Assembly (NCBI GenBank): GCA_003280265.1
Contig: QCFJ01000001.1
Span: forward strand, 36,415-100,414
DNA: 64,000 nucleotides
Direction of reading: 5' to 3'
Source of the DNA: Prochlorococcus sp. AG-363-G03
GTDB lineage: Bacteria; Cyanobacteriota; Cyanobacteriia; PCC-6307; Cyanobiaceae
Shown: in pieces, positions 62,817 through 64,000 of the stretch
Numbering within the stretch: the stretch's first letter is position 1
Layout: every line of letters begins with the position of its first letter
Notes under the pieces: model-generated
Seen by the model: the letters and a program-made list of their open reading frames with translations, nothing else
Database searches by the model: none
What the model was told of the DNA's origin: nothing
Translations under genes and position numbers: made by a program

Positions 62817-63379
62817 GCAGTAACACCCCCCCTGATAAGGATATTTCTGATGTTCTTAATTTAGGCAATCCCATAAACAAAATCGTTGTATCAAGAGGAA
62901 CCCCCTTAGCTAAGTTGATGATTGTGGGAGAGGCTCCTGGCGCAAAGGAGGAGGAGTTAGGAGAACCTTTTGTCGGAAGATCTGGAAAGTTACTAGATCA
63001 ATTGCTTCAAAATGCGGGGATTGATATCAGCCAAGATGTTTATTTTTGCAACGTGGTCAAATGTAGACCGCCAAAAAATAGACGCCCAACAAAGATTGAA
63101 ATTCAAGAAAACCTTCCCTGGTTGTATCAACAAATCAAACTTATAAATCCAGAAATCATAGCTCTTGTTGGGTCTACAGCATTAGAAGCAATTTTAAAAA
63201 ATAAGTCCCCAATAAGCATTCTCAGGGGTAAATGGATTAATTGGGATGGAAGACTTGTTATGCCTATTTTTCATCCAGCTTATTTACTTAGAAATCAATC
63301 AAAAGAGGATGGTTCCCCAATGAGGTTAACTAAATCGGATTTTTTAAAAATCAAAGAAAAAATTGATTCTTTAAAATAG
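62813..63379 (+). CDS. Uracil-DNA glycosylase (family 4)
   Basis: GEAPG, PFVGRSG, NVVKCRPP.NR and HPAYLLR motifs. Confidence 0.92.
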   Translation: MSSNTPPDKDISDVLNLGNPINKIVVSRGTPLAKLMIVGEAPGAKEEELGEPFVGRSGKLLDQLLQNAGIDISQDVYFCNVVKCRPPKNRRPTKIEIQENLPWLYQQIKLINPEIIALVGSTALEAILKNKSPISILRGKWINWDGRLVMPIFHPAYLLRNQSKEDGSPMRLTKSDFLKIKEKIDSLK

Positions 63380-63428
63380 CCCTCAGATATGTCATTCTTG
63401 TTTATTAAAGAGGCTCAATTGTTAACTC

Positions 63429-64000
63429 ATGATTGCGACCCTGGAAAAAGATAAGAAAGAAAATAATGTTTCACAGCGTTATAGCACCAGAATTATTCGT
63501 AGAGATACTAGACCTGTAATGGTCGGAGATATTGGCATCGGAGGGGATAATCCAGTTCGTGTTCAGTCAATGATTAATGAAGATACAATGGATATTGAGG
63601 GTTCTACTGCTGCTATAAGAAGATTGCATGAAATAGGATGTGAGATTGTCAGATTAACGGTCCCCACTCTTGCAAGCGCAAAAGCTGTTGGAGAAATCAA
63701 GAAACTCTTAGCTAGTACTTATCAACCAGTCCCATTAGTAGCGGATGTTCACCATAATGGAATGAAAATAGCTTTAGAGGTTGCAAAGCATGTAGATAAA
63801 GTTCGTATTAATCCAGGATTATTTGTCTTTGAAAGACCTGATCCAAATAGAACTGAATTTACAGATGATGAAATAAAAGCAATTAAAAAGAAGATTATTC
63901 AAAAATTTGAACCAATTGTTAATACTTTAAAAGAGCAAAACAAGGCACTTAGAATAGGAGTTAATCATGGATCATTAGCAGAGAGAATGTTATTTGCGTA
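63429..64000 (+). CDS. ispG: (E)-4-hydroxy-3-methylbut-2-enyl-diphosphate synthase (5' part; runs off window)
   Basis: Manual translation MIATLEK...[12 protein letters not shown]...VADVH...RINPG...RIGVNHGSL. Confidence 0.95.
   Translation, partial: MIATLEKDKKENNVSQRYSTRIIRRDTRPVMVGDIGIGGDNPVRVQSMINEDTMDIEGSTAAIRRLHEIGCEIVRLTVPTLASAKAVGEIKKLLASTYQPVPLVADVHHNGMKIALEVAKHVDKVRINPGLFVFERPDPNRTEFTDDEIKAIKKKIIQKFEPIVNTLKEQNKALRIGVNHGSLAERMLFA

Overview
AT-rich bacterial chromosome segment. Gene content (a Pcb chlorophyll a/b antenna, class II RNR nrdJ, phnCDE, CPP1-like, DUF2811, stpA) identifies a marine picocyanobacterium, almost certainly Prochlorococcus, probably a low-light type (inference). 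Most of the window is core genome running from aroA (partial) to ispG (partial). There are two variable patches: small ORFs between ugd and pcb (about 14.4-15.6 kb), and an island around tRNA-Ser(UGA) (about 40.4-47.2 kb). Highlights: (1) A ~3.6 kb tyrosine-integrase element sits in the 5' half of tRNA-Ser. It is bounded by a 41-bp direct repeat, and similarity extends into the tRNA upstream region. It carries a frameshifted excisionase-like gene and a DUF2079 membrane cargo gene, so it is tycheposon-like. (2) A 513-aa hypothetical protein shows, in order, every hallmark motif of NAD(P)H glycerol-3-phosphate dehydrogenase (GpsA). It is divergent from stpA/ggpP (no ggpS in the window) and followed by a small-molecule kinase, suggesting an uncharacterised polyol-phosphate/osmolyte module. 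(3) An FAD oxidoreductase appears to start at a non-canonical ATT codon. (4) There are several regulatory structures and small ORFs missing from the ORF track. Family calls come from motif recognition by eye; no database search was run.
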